Below, in pieces: positions 37,612 through 46,179 of a stretch of 60,070 nt of DNA. The position numbers were made by a program, and so were the translations under genes. This DNA comes from Planctomycetota bacterium (GTDB lineage Bacteria; Planctomycetota; GCA-002687715; DRQF01), in contig JAZGFI010000292.1 of NCBI GenBank assembly GCA_036479435.1, positions 1 to 60,070 on the forward strand, in the 5' to 3' direction. Positions within the stretch are counted from its first letter, which is position 1, and the number at the start of each line of letters is the position of its first letter. The notes below the pieces were generated by a model. The model had not been told where the DNA came from, ran no database searches, and saw nothing but the letters and a program-made list of their open reading frames with translations.

Positions 37612-38154
37612 GTGGCATTTACGCGCGTCAAACCAGCCGGATGGGCCGTCAACGAGATCCTCACTAGCGCACAGATGAACGCGCTGGACATCAACACCGC
37701 CTTCGCCGTCGATGGCAACGCGGGCGGAACATATGCTCCCAGCACGCTCATCGACATGAACGGGCACGACTTGTTCCCTGCAGCGCAGACCGACTACACG
37801 GTGCTGCGTCGCTCGTTCGACGTCACGCTTTCAGCGGGTGTTAGCAGTGGACTTCTCTTCTCGATCGCGCTCGGCGCGAACGATCAGGAAATTCTGATTC
37901 GAAGCTTCATTGTGGCCCGGGAGGCCACGGGCACTGATAGAGCTGCGTATGGCCTAGCGGGAGGGTTCAAGGTGACTGGGGGGACTCTGAACAACGTGGG
38001 AGCAGACGATAAATTTCATGAGTTCGAGGATGATGCGGGGTGGAATGTGTTGAACACATTCTCCGGAAATACATTGGAAGTGCGCGGCGATGCCGATGCG
38101 GCCAACAACACCACGTTCGTCGGCACCGTTGTTCTCTACAGGCGGCTCGCTTAG
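37612..38154 (+). CDS. tail fibre-associated protein
   Basis: W..NE.LTSAQMN anchor motif; AGGAG RBS. Confidence 0.65.
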   Translation: MAFTRVKPAGWAVNEILTSAQMNALDINTAFAVDGNAGGTYAPSTLIDMNGHDLFPAAQTDYTVLRRSFDVTLSAGVSSGLLFSIALGANDQEILIRSFIVAREATGTDRAAYGLAGGFKVTGGTLNNVGADDKFHEFEDDAGWNVLNTFSGNTLEVRGDADAANNTTFVGTVVLYRRLA

Positions 38155-38156
38155 TC

Positions 38157-38531
38157 GTGGCCGACTTCACCGTCATCCTGGCAGCTGGCGCTGCTAACGC
38201 GGTGTGGACCGACCCAACGGTCACAGGCAAGCCCACACGCATCAACCCGCTGGCAGCGCTACCGCATCGCATTCACACCGTCTCGGCGGGGCTCACGGTA
38301 CATGCGCTCGTGGGTGGCGCCCTGGTCGCCGATGCCGGGCTGGGTGGCCGGCTCTTCTTGTGGAGCTGGGTGGACATCCCGGGCGGCGCTCCGCCCGCTA
38401 TTACCCCGACGGCAGGCACGAGCGCCGAGGTCATCTTCCCCGCGGCCCGGTTCATCACCATCGGGCACTACACGATCTTGGCTCAGCGTGACGCAGGCGG
38501 CAACGTTGGGATCAGTTGGGAGGTCGTGTGA
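38157..38531 (+). CDS. virion-associated protein
   Basis: GTG start; packed in tail operon. Confidence 0.55.
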   Translation: MADFTVILAAGAANAVWTDPTVTGKPTRINPLAALPHRIHTVSAGLTVHALVGGALVADAGLGGRLFLWSWVDIPGGAPPAITPTAGTSAEVIFPAARFITIGHYTILAQRDAGGNVGISWEVV

Positions 38532-38929
38532 CACTCCTCGATGAGATCAGCCCCGAGTTCATCGGCACTCCGCAGCTCACGCTGAAGCTCAGCGATCCGA
38601 CCACGCCTTTGCGGTCCTTCACCTCCATCGTGTTCGATGTGGACTACAGCGCCGCCGAGACTGAGGAGCTCGGCGGCATCATGATGCCGCTGGAGATGAT
38701 CGTGACCGGCCCGAGCGCCACCAGTTTCGTGCGTGAGGTCTTTGGTGACCAACCCGGCGGCATCTCCCAGCGTGACCCCCCGAGCTCTATAGCGTTCACC
38801 CCTCAAGAGGGCGGTCGGTTCAACGTCATGATCCGCGAGGTGGGCCACAACAAGCTCTTTGGGACACTGCGAGTGGACGTGGAAGGCACAATCAACGATC
38901 CTGGGGCCGGCCAGGGACAGGACGCATAG
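38528..38929 (+). CDS. virion-associated protein
   Basis: GGAGG RBS; GTGA coupling. Confidence 0.55.
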   Translation: MTLLDEISPEFIGTPQLTLKLSDPTTPLRSFTSIVFDVDYSAAETEELGGIMMPLEMIVTGPSATSFVREVFGDQPGGISQRDPPSSIAFTPQEGGRFNVMIREVGHNKLFGTLRVDVEGTINDPGAGQGQDA

Positions 38930-38937
38930 GCATAGCC

Positions 38938-40812
38938 ATGGCAAGCAACGCAGACTTCACTATTGACGGCGACGCCCACGCCAACCGCGGCTTCGACGCG
39001 CTCAACAGCGAAGTGCTCACGCTGCAAATCGAGGACTCGCCAGCCCTCGATGTGCGGACCACCGTGTTCAGCGTGGTCCAAAAGACCTTGGGCGCCCCAG
39101 ACATTGCCGAGCTCGGAGCTGTTGGTGGTGCAGGCGCGAGCCCATCGCCCAACCCGCAGGACGGCCTGGACATCACGATGCCCGCCGCGGGCGTCCAATC
39201 CTACATCATCCGCTGTCAGATCAACGGCGGGAAGGATACGGGCGGCAACACGATCGCAGAGTGGACAACGGAGCGCGAGGTAGCAATCCGCACCTCGAAC
39301 AACCTCCGCAAGATCGTGCCCGTCGAGACGGACCAGTACGATCCCACCTACGGCTGGACTGAGAGCTGGAACGACGGGATTGATCTGCTCGCTTCTGTGG
39401 TCACAGGAACCGGGACCGACGATCACATCATGCTTTGGGATGGCACCACTGATGCCAAGGACAGTCTGGTGTCAATAACGGGTGCTGGCGATCTTGTTGT
39501 CGACGCAGATGTTGTCACCCCCATTGTGCAGCAGGCCGATGAGAGCGTGGGGGTAGCGGGCGATCAACTCACTACCCATGCACAGAACGTGACCACGGGG
39601 GCCGGTACTAAGACTGCTGGCCCGCTGTCGATGGAGGGTGGAGCGTGTACGGGCGCCGGCACGAGCAACACAGGCGGGTTTGCCATCGTGCTTGGTGGGT
39701 CGGCCTCCGGTGGCTCGGCGAACGTTGGTGGAAATGCCTTCGTTCAGGGCGGTGTTGGTGCCACTACGCCTGGCGCGGCAGCAATCCGAGACTCAACAGG
39801 AGCAAACCGGGTCCTTGTCGGCACCGCCGGTGATGTTGTGGTCGATGGGCCTGTATTTGTTGATCTACAAATCGGTGCTGCTTCCAGGGTTGGGGTGACG
39901 AACACGGTTGTGGAGCTGGGTGCCGCCACCTGTCAGTTCGATGTGGCGGTGGTCACACCGGTGGTCAAGCACGAGACCGATCCGACAGCCACCGCAGGTG
40001 ATCTCCTCACGGTCAGCGCTCAGGATCTAGACACCGCCACGGGGGCCAAAGTGGCCGGCGCCTTCTTGTCTCGCGGCGGCGACTGCGCCGATGGGACCAC
40101 CAACGTAGGAGGAGCCTACAGCGCGCGAGCGGGAATAGGCGCTACGACGGTTGGGTTGTTGGAGATCCAACATCCAGACGGCACTCACGGGTTCCAGCTC
40201 ACCTCGACCGGCGCTGCCAATATCAACGGCAGCGCCAACATCAACCTGCAGATCGGATCGCTCACCAAGTTTTCGATCAGCGACAACACGATGGTCCTGA
40301 CTGGCGCGGCCGCCGGTCTGATCGCTATCGCCAACAACGGCGTGACCGACGCGTCGCTAGCCTTCACCGTGCGGGGTTCGGAGAACACGAAGACGTCGGG
40401 CGCACCGGTAGGTGGTGCCTACAACGTTGCAGGCGGTAACTGCTCCGGCTCACATGCGGGCACCAACATCGGTGGCGTGCTCAACATGCAGGGTGGTGAT
40501 GCCACCGTTGCGACCACCAAGGTTGGTGGCGCTGCCAACCTGCGGCCCGGCTCCGGCGACACCGGCGGTGTGATGAGCTTCATGAATGGCGCGGGCACCA
40601 ACAGGATCCAAATCAACGACACTGGCATTGGTCTCTTCGCCGCGCCGCCAGTGGCCCAACCATCTGGCACCGGCGAAACCGTTGGCTTCACGGCGGGCGC
40701 TGGGACTGCGGTCAATGATGACTCCACCTTCACCGGAAACGTGGGCGCCACCGCCTATCGAATCTCCGACGTTGTCCAGGCATTGAAGAACCTGGGTGTG
40801 CTGGCACAGTAA
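38938..40812 (+). CDS. Gly-rich tail fibre
   Basis: Repeated GG-x5-GG blocks; ends with ALKNLGVL. Confidence 0.75.
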   Translation: MASNADFTIDGDAHANRGFDALNSEVLTLQIEDSPALDVRTTVFSVVQKTLGAPDIAELGAVGGAGASPSPNPQDGLDITMPAAGVQSYIIRCQINGGKDTGGNTIAEWTTEREVAIRTSNNLRKIVPVETDQYDPTYGWTESWNDGIDLLASVVTGTGTDDHIMLWDGTTDAKDSLVSITGAGDLVVDADVVTPIVQQADESVGVAGDQLTTHAQNVTTGAGTKTAGPLSMEGGACTGAGTSNTGGFAIVLGGSASGGSANVGGNAFVQGGVGATTPGAAAIRDSTGANRVLVGTAGDVVVDGPVFVDLQIGAASRVGVTNTVVELGAATCQFDVAVVTPVVKHETDPTATAGDLLTVSAQDLDTATGAKVAGAFLSRGGDCADGTTNVGGAYSARAGIGATTVGLLEIQHPDGTHGFQLTSTGAANINGSANINLQIGSLTKFSISDNTMVLTGAAAGLIAIANNGVTDASLAFTVRGSENTKTSGAPVGGAYNVAGGNCSGSHAGTNIGGVLNMQGGDATVATTKVGGAANLRPGSGDTGGVMSFMNGAGTNRIQINDTGIGLFAAPPVAQPSGTGETVGFTAGAGTAVNDDSTFTGNVGATAYRISDVVQALKNLGVLAQ

Positions 40813-40821
40813 GGATTCCGC

Positions 40822-41094
40822 ATGGCAAGGATAATCGAACAGACCCTGACCGCCCTCGTAGGCAACACCGATCTGGAGGCCAGATTTCACTTCGAAGGGC
40901 CTGATGATCCCGAGAATCCGACGATCGCCGACATGAAAATGTCGCTGAAGATCAGGTGGGACAACGGGACTTATGCGATCGGGATCGTCAAGGTGTCCGA
41001 TGTGCTGAGTGGCAGCGAGCTCACCGACTTCCGCTCGGCGTTAGTTACCCTGCGAGATGCAGCCTTCGATGCCGCTGGCATTCCAGACGTTTGA
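40822..41094 (+). CDS. putative fibre chaperone/hypothetical protein
   Basis: TAAGGA RBS; follows the fibre gene. Confidence 0.5.
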   Translation: MARIIEQTLTALVGNTDLEARFHFEGPDDPENPTIADMKMSLKIRWDNGTYAIGIVKVSDVLSGSELTDFRSALVTLRDAAFDAAGIPDV

Positions 41095-41137
41095 GCGCGG
41101 GCTAGATCACGAGCTCATACGCCCGTATTGTGGTCTC

Positions 41138-41545
41138 GTGACCAAAGACGAGCTCGCAACGCGCAGGCACCAGGAACTTCTCGACGTTGCCACCCGGACC
41201 GCCGATGGGGTGGACAGCGTCAAGTTGGACGTTGCCGGGGTGAAGAAGGACGTGGCAGAGCTATCGAAGCGCTTCGATATGCACGAGAAGGACAACGAAC
41301 ACGATTTCAAAGCGCATGCGGCCAGCACCTCGGCGCAAGACACTCGGATTACGACCCTGGAAGAGGCCGCGGACGTGAGCGGGGCTCATCAGCTCATAGA
41401 GCTCAAGACGGAGCTGGCAGCGACCAAAAAGGGCGCGGCCGCGGTGGCCGAGCGATGGAAAGGGCGAGTGTGGTCCATCTTCGCCGCGCTTCTTCTTATG
41501 GCGGTGTCGGCGGGCGCCGGTGCCTACTTCAGGCACATCAGGTAG
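41138..41545 (+). CDS. coiled-coil protein with C-terminal TM (XhlA/holin-like)
   Basis: Heptad pattern, RITTLE, terminal TM; TATTGT-N6-GTG start. Confidence 0.6.
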   Translation: MTKDELATRRHQELLDVATRTADGVDSVKLDVAGVKKDVAELSKRFDMHEKDNEHDFKAHAASTSAQDTRITTLEEAADVSGAHQLIELKTELAATKKGAAAVAERWKGRVWSIFAALLLMAVSAGAGAYFRHIR

Positions 41546-41554
41546 GCTACCGCC

Positions 41555-41965
41555 ATGGGCATCGCAGTACCACGCGCTCTACCCCCTCCGTCCGATGCGG
41601 TAGAGGTCACGGTGGCCGCCAATACTACGAGCGCCACGCTGGAGGAAATCACCGGGTCGGAGGCCCTTTTTACCACGGCGGGCCCATCGCGCATCATGGT
41701 GGTAATGAGTCTCTCGAGTCTCTCGACAGGCGTGGGTTCAAATGCGACCGGCGGCTGGGCCATTCAGATCAACGGCGTCAACGGCGTCGAGTTCCAGCGG
41801 TTCCTGTCGGGCGCCAACGATCGCATGATGGGCAGTGCGAGCATGCGATCGGCCATCCTGTCGGCAGGCACCTTCTCGATTAAGGGGATGCACAGGAGGG
41901 TCTCGGGCTTGAAGACGGTCACGACAGATGCGCTTGTGCTCCTTTGTTGGCCGGTGGCACCATGA
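41555..41965 (+). CDS. fibre-tip-like beta-sandwich protein
   Basis: LSAGT..IKG pattern. Confidence 0.55.
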   Translation: MGIAVPRALPPPSDAVEVTVAANTTSATLEEITGSEALFTTAGPSRIMVVMSLSSLSTGVGSNATGGWAIQINGVNGVEFQRFLSGANDRMMGSASMRSAILSAGTFSIKGMHRRVSGLKTVTTDALVLLCWPVAP

Positions 41966-43404
41966 CGACAACGCGTATTGTTCAAGGTGATACCGAACCC
42001 ATCATCGCCATGGTGGTCGACGGCGTCGGTGGTCCGGTCTCTGGAGCGACAATCACCACCCGTGTTCAGCGCCTCAGCGACAACTTCTTCTTCGATTGGG
42101 CCGACGACACGTTCAAGGTGTTCGGTTCTGTGGGCAGTCCAGATCAGGCGCTCACAGAATTCACCAACCAAGCTGCGATCTATCGCCTGGACACTGCCAC
42201 CCACGACGAGGGACTCGACACGGGCGCCATCACCAATGTAACGGCAGATGACATCTATATCGCCACCTTCGACGTCACCGCTCCCGTTGGGGCAGTTGGC
42301 CCCGGTCCGATCGAGATCAAAGTCGATCAGTGGGTGAAGGACACCCGCGACGCGGCCATCGCGGCGCACTTCCTCGGGTGCGTGCACATCAACGTGAACA
42401 GCGGCACTGCGGGCACAGACCCAGAGGTCAACGGAGCACCAGGGCTCCCGGTCGATACCCTAGCCGATGCCTTGACGATCTCGGCGGCACGCAACACCCG
42501 AGAATTCGTGATCGAAAACGGAGTTCTTACCCTGACGGCGGCCCTAAACGAGTGGTTCACTACGCTTCGCGACGAGTCCGAGGTTCAGTTCGCTGGGTTC
42601 AGCGTGAACGGTTCTGAGTTCTGCGGCGGAATCCTGAAGGGAGTCATGACCGGATCGGTCACAATCCGCAGGTCCTCACTCGAGGATGTCTCGGGGCTTC
42701 TGGGCCATGTCTCCGAGTCGGGCATTGAGGGAGAGATCGTCTTGGCGTCAGGCGAAACATCTTTCGACGCGTGCTTCAGTCATGTCCCTGGGATGAGCGT
42801 ATGGACGCTCAAATTCGTGGCCGGCGCGACATGCAACATACGCGCTTACTCGGGGGGGATTCAGATCGAGGACATGACCGACCCCGCCAACACACTGAGT
42901 GTCGAGTTCGTGGCTGGTAAGCCGATCATCGATTCATCCTGCACAGCAGGAGTCATTGAGATCCGCGGCGTTGGAGAGCCACTTGTGGACAACAGCGGGC
43001 CCGGATGCGCGGTCGATACGTCTGGGTACATCAATGGTCAGGTGGTTCGTGACGCTATGAAGCTCGCCCCGGCCGCAGGCGCACCTACGGCGGGCTCCAT
43101 CGACGCGCACCTTGACACGCTCATTGCTGGCGTGGTGCTCACGGGGGCGGCGGTCACTGCCATCTGGGATGAGGACGTCACGGGCCGCGAGGCCTCACCG
43201 GACACTGCAGCACGGATCCAGGACATGCAGAACAAGATCATGCGCGGCCGCATCCGGACGAACCCAACGCTGAACCGGTTGGAGCTCTATGATCCTGTTG
43301 ATGACACCGCCTTGCTCACCTGGCCCCTGACTGACTTCGGCGGTCTCGGCATCCTCAACGCGGTCGGTGCACCCTTCGATCGCGCAAAGGCAGAGGAAAC
43401 CTGA
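41962..43404 (+). CDS. beta-helix-containing tail protein
   Basis: NG....PVDTLADA; beta-solenoid pattern; C-terminal LYD..D.T.L.TW.L.D. Confidence 0.65.
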   Translation: MTTTRIVQGDTEPIIAMVVDGVGGPVSGATITTRVQRLSDNFFFDWADDTFKVFGSVGSPDQALTEFTNQAAIYRLDTATHDEGLDTGAITNVTADDIYIATFDVTAPVGAVGPGPIEIKVDQWVKDTRDAAIAAHFLGCVHINVNSGTAGTDPEVNGAPGLPVDTLADALTISAARNTREFVIENGVLTLTAALNEWFTTLRDESEVQFAGFSVNGSEFCGGILKGVMTGSVTIRRSSLEDVSGLLGHVSESGIEGEIVLASGETSFDACFSHVPGMSVWTLKFVAGATCNIRAYSGGIQIEDMTDPANTLSVEFVAGKPIIDSSCTAGVIEIRGVGEPLVDNSGPGCAVDTSGYINGQVVRDAMKLAPAAGAPTAGSIDAHLDTLIAGVVLTGAAVTAIWDEDVTGREASPDTAARIQDMQNKIMRGRIRTNPTLNRLELYDPVDDTALLTWPLTDFGGLGILNAVGAPFDRAKAEET

Positions 43405-43697
43405 TGCCACGCATTGTGGGGCTCGGGTTGATGGCCGGGGGCAACTTCGCGCTCACCTATGGCCTCGGGCACAACGGCCTCGAGGAGGTGGCGTTCTACA
43501 CCCGGTCTGAGATCTCGCTCAACGATGCGCCCTGCACACTCATCACCGCAGCGGACTCGCCACTCACGTGCGTCACAACCTTCGATGATGCGCTGACGTT
43601 CATCACCGCCACCGATGCGGGACCGGGCGCTACCATCGAACTCACCGATCAGCCTGCTACGATCATCACCGCAGCAGACGGGAAGGACGGTTTGTAG
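43404..43697 (+). CDS. small repeat-containing virion protein
   Basis: D.P.T.IT..D repeats. Confidence 0.55.
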   Translation: MPRIVGLGLMAGGNFALTYGLGHNGLEEVAFYTRSEISLNDAPCTLITAADSPLTCVTTFDDALTFITATDAGPGATIELTDQPATIITAADGKDGL

Positions 43698-44005
43698 TGG
43701 GATACATGGCTGGAGCCCTGGTGAAGACTCGGATCAAGTTCGAGGTGGACAACGTCTTGACCGCGCCTACTGCATGGTCGGTGTTCGTGCAGCCACCGCA
43801 AGGTCAGGCGAGCTTTGTGCTCGTGTTCGGCATTGACAGCGAGCTCGCTCAGAACGACCCCGGGGACTACACATGGTCGCAGTCAACGAGCTACACCACG
43901 GGCCTCGACCACGGGATGTGGATCTACGACGTCGTGAGCTCGGGCCTCGCGCAAGGGGCGCGTGGGGGATCGTTCCCGGTGGACGAACACACGGTGCCCA
44001 AGTAG
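43697..44005 (+). CDS. Ig-like virion protein
   Basis: V.PP.G...G.Y......G.W.Y pattern. Confidence 0.6.
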   Translation: MGYMAGALVKTRIKFEVDNVLTAPTAWSVFVQPPQGQASFVLVFGIDSELAQNDPGDYTWSQSTSYTTGLDHGMWIYDVVSSGLAQGARGGSFPVDEHTVPK

Positions 44006-44014
44006 GCTCGCGCC

Positions 44015-44296
44015 ATGAGCATCACCGCGCTGAAGAAGCTGGTCGAGTCATCCAAAGCCACGGTGCTCGTGGGGGTCGCTATCACGATGGCGGTGCTCGT
44101 GTACCTGGGGCGCCTAGATGCCCAACAGTTCCTCGACACCATCACAGTGCTCGTGCCTGCATGGATGTTGGCGCACGCTGGCGAGAATGGCGCGAAGGCC
44201 ATCGCCAACGGCAAGGAGGTGACACCCGCATCCCTGGCCCAGGCACTCATGGACGCGCCCGTTGAGACCGAGGACGACAAGGAAGGCGAAAAGTGA
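44015..44296 (+). CDS. putative holin
   Basis: Two TM helices with an acidic tail at the start of the lysis cluster. Confidence 0.6.
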   Translation: MSITALKKLVESSKATVLVGVAITMAVLVYLGRLDAQQFLDTITVLVPAWMLAHAGENGAKAIANGKEVTPASLAQALMDAPVETEDDKEGEK

Positions 44297-44739
44297 TCCC
44301 GCACATCCGCGCTATCTTCGTGCTCGGGTTGCTGCTGTTCCTCACTGGGTGTCCAGCCCTGCTCTCGGCGCTGACCGCTGCATCGCAAGGGGCGCAGTGG
44401 CTCTCGAGCGCCGTCGACGTTGCTTCTGCTGGGAGCGACGCCTACTTCGCCCGACATCCACACCCTGAGAACGAGCCTGCGGTTGATCGCGCCGTCCGGA
44501 ACGCTCGCCGGAGCGTCGCGGCGCTCAACGCTCTCCTAAGCGCCGGCGACTCCGCGGCCGACCAAGACGTGGAGCAAGCGAAGAAAGACGCGCTCGCGGC
44601 GTATGGAGAGCTCCGGGAGCTCCTCTCGGGCCTCGGGGTCCTGTCTGGCGTGGCCCCGCCGGGGGGGGCTGAAACCTCTGCCCCTATGCCGGAGCCGTTC
44701 ACGCTGCCCACGCGCGACGATATAGCTGATAGGCTATAA
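44293..44739 (+). CDS. lipoprotein (spanin-like candidate)
   Basis: Signal peptide II with lipobox LTG-C; helical. Confidence 0.65.
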   Translation: MIPHIRAIFVLGLLLFLTGCPALLSALTAASQGAQWLSSAVDVASAGSDAYFARHPHPENEPAVDRAVRNARRSVAALNALLSAGDSAADQDVEQAKKDALAAYGELRELLSGLGVLSGVAPPGGAETSAPMPEPFTLPTRDDIADRL

Positions 44740-44806
44740 ACAAGAGTTGCCCGGCGCTGCGTCAACAGCCCGGGCGACGTTCGACACCTAGCTAGGAGGC
44801 GACGAC

Positions 44807-45367
44807 ATGGCCATCATCTCGCGTTGTGAACGATGTGGAAAGAGGTTCAAGCACGACAAGGGGAAGCCGGGGAAACACTGCTCTCGCCGGTGCAGGTTCG
44901 CCGCGAGCCCCGAGGAGCGCTTTTGGAGCTATGTCACCAAGGCCCCTCCGGGCGAATGCTGGGAGTGGCAGGGCGTTCGTTCCGGCGACGGCTATGGCGC
45001 GATTCGGTGGCCGGGTTTTTCTTATAAAATCGGCGCCCATCGTGCGAGCTGGATGGTTCGACATGGCCCCATCAGAGGAGATCAGTGGATCCTGCATCGC
45101 TGCGACAATCCGCCCTGTGTCAACCCCGACCACCTCTACTTGGGCGACGCTTCCCAGAACATGAAGGACGCTTATGAGCGCGGGGGAAAGGTCGCGATGC
45201 ACGGCTCCAAAAGCCCCAACGCCAAGCTTTCTGCCGGCAAGGTAAAAGAGATGCGGCAGCGGCATCGCGGCGGCGAATCCGCTGCCTCAATGTGTGCTGA
45301 TTACGGCGTTTCTAAGGCGACGGCTCACCGGGCTATCGTAGGGATATCTTGGCGACATGTTCTCTAG
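44807..45367 (+). CDS. free-standing HNH homing endonuclease with N-terminal Zn ribbon
   Basis: CERC..CSRRC; RFW..V; CWEW; AHRASW; LHRCDNPPCVNPDHL. Confidence 0.95.
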   Translation: MAIISRCERCGKRFKHDKGKPGKHCSRRCRFAASPEERFWSYVTKAPPGECWEWQGVRSGDGYGAIRWPGFSYKIGAHRASWMVRHGPIRGDQWILHRCDNPPCVNPDHLYLGDASQNMKDAYERGGKVAMHGSKSPNAKLSAGKVKEMRQRHRGGESAASMCADYGVSKATAHRAIVGISWRHVL

Positions 45368-45387
45368 GGTGATATTCGCTCCACACC

Positions 45388-46179
45388 ATGACGCCCGAAG
45401 CAGTTCTAGGTCTCGTGCTCGCCGTTGGTCCCTATCCTGGGGGCACACTCTACAGCCAGACGCCTGTCGCCAAAGATGCGGCGCTGGTGATCTCCACCAA
45501 GCGCGAGGACCATGGGCGTTCGTTCAAGGCCTATCGGTTGCTGGCCGCCGATGAGGCGGCCCCTTACGCGTGCACCCAGCGAGGCAACCCAGTCTGCAGG
45601 CGCCCGCGCCGCAACGTCACACTGAAGCGCTGGGAGCGACCGGAGACCTACTGGGAGGGGATGGAGCGCTACTGGGGGATCGCGAACGCCATCTCGGCAA
45701 CGCAGACGAGTTCGGCGGTGCTGGACTATGCCGTCGTCGTGTTCCGCCACGAGAGCGGGATGTTTCGCCGCGACGTACATGAGGGCACCAACCACCGCCC
45801 TTACCGCCGGAGCACCAAGCACGAGGATGGCGGTCTCGCGTGGTCCTTCGGGCAGATCCATTGGAGCACCCTGCCAACGGCCAAGATCCCGATCCGCGGC
45901 TTCAAGCACCTCACGCTGGGGGAGATGGTCGGCCTTGACGACCGCAGCACCTCCATCGGCGTCTCGGTCCCTATCGAGCGGCTGCGGCGCATCGTCAAGC
46001 GGTGCGGCGCCACGAACCCAAGCTGCGTGTTCACGAGCTATGGCGGCACGGTCTCATCGCGCCACCCGTTCATCAAGGCGAGGCTGGCCACCTATGCGCG
46101 GGTGAGGCGTCTGAAGAAGAAGGATCGCACGCTCTCGGCGAAGGTTCGCGAGGCCCTTGGGGTCGGGGACAACTCATGA
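45388..46179 (+). CDS. putative lysozyme-fold/lytic transglycosylase-like protein
   Basis: FRHESG..RRDV catalytic-Glu-like motif and SFGQI (GxxQ-like); hydrophobic N-terminus. Confidence 0.55.
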   Translation: MTPEAVLGLVLAVGPYPGGTLYSQTPVAKDAALVISTKREDHGRSFKAYRLLAADEAAPYACTQRGNPVCRRPRRNVTLKRWERPETYWEGMERYWGIANAISATQTSSAVLDYAVVVFRHESGMFRRDVHEGTNHRPYRRSTKHEDGGLAWSFGQIHWSTLPTAKIPIRGFKHLTLGEMVGLDDRSTSIGVSVPIERLRRIVKRCGATNPSCVFTSYGGTVSSRHPFIKARLATYARVRRLKKKDRTLSAKVREALGVGDNS

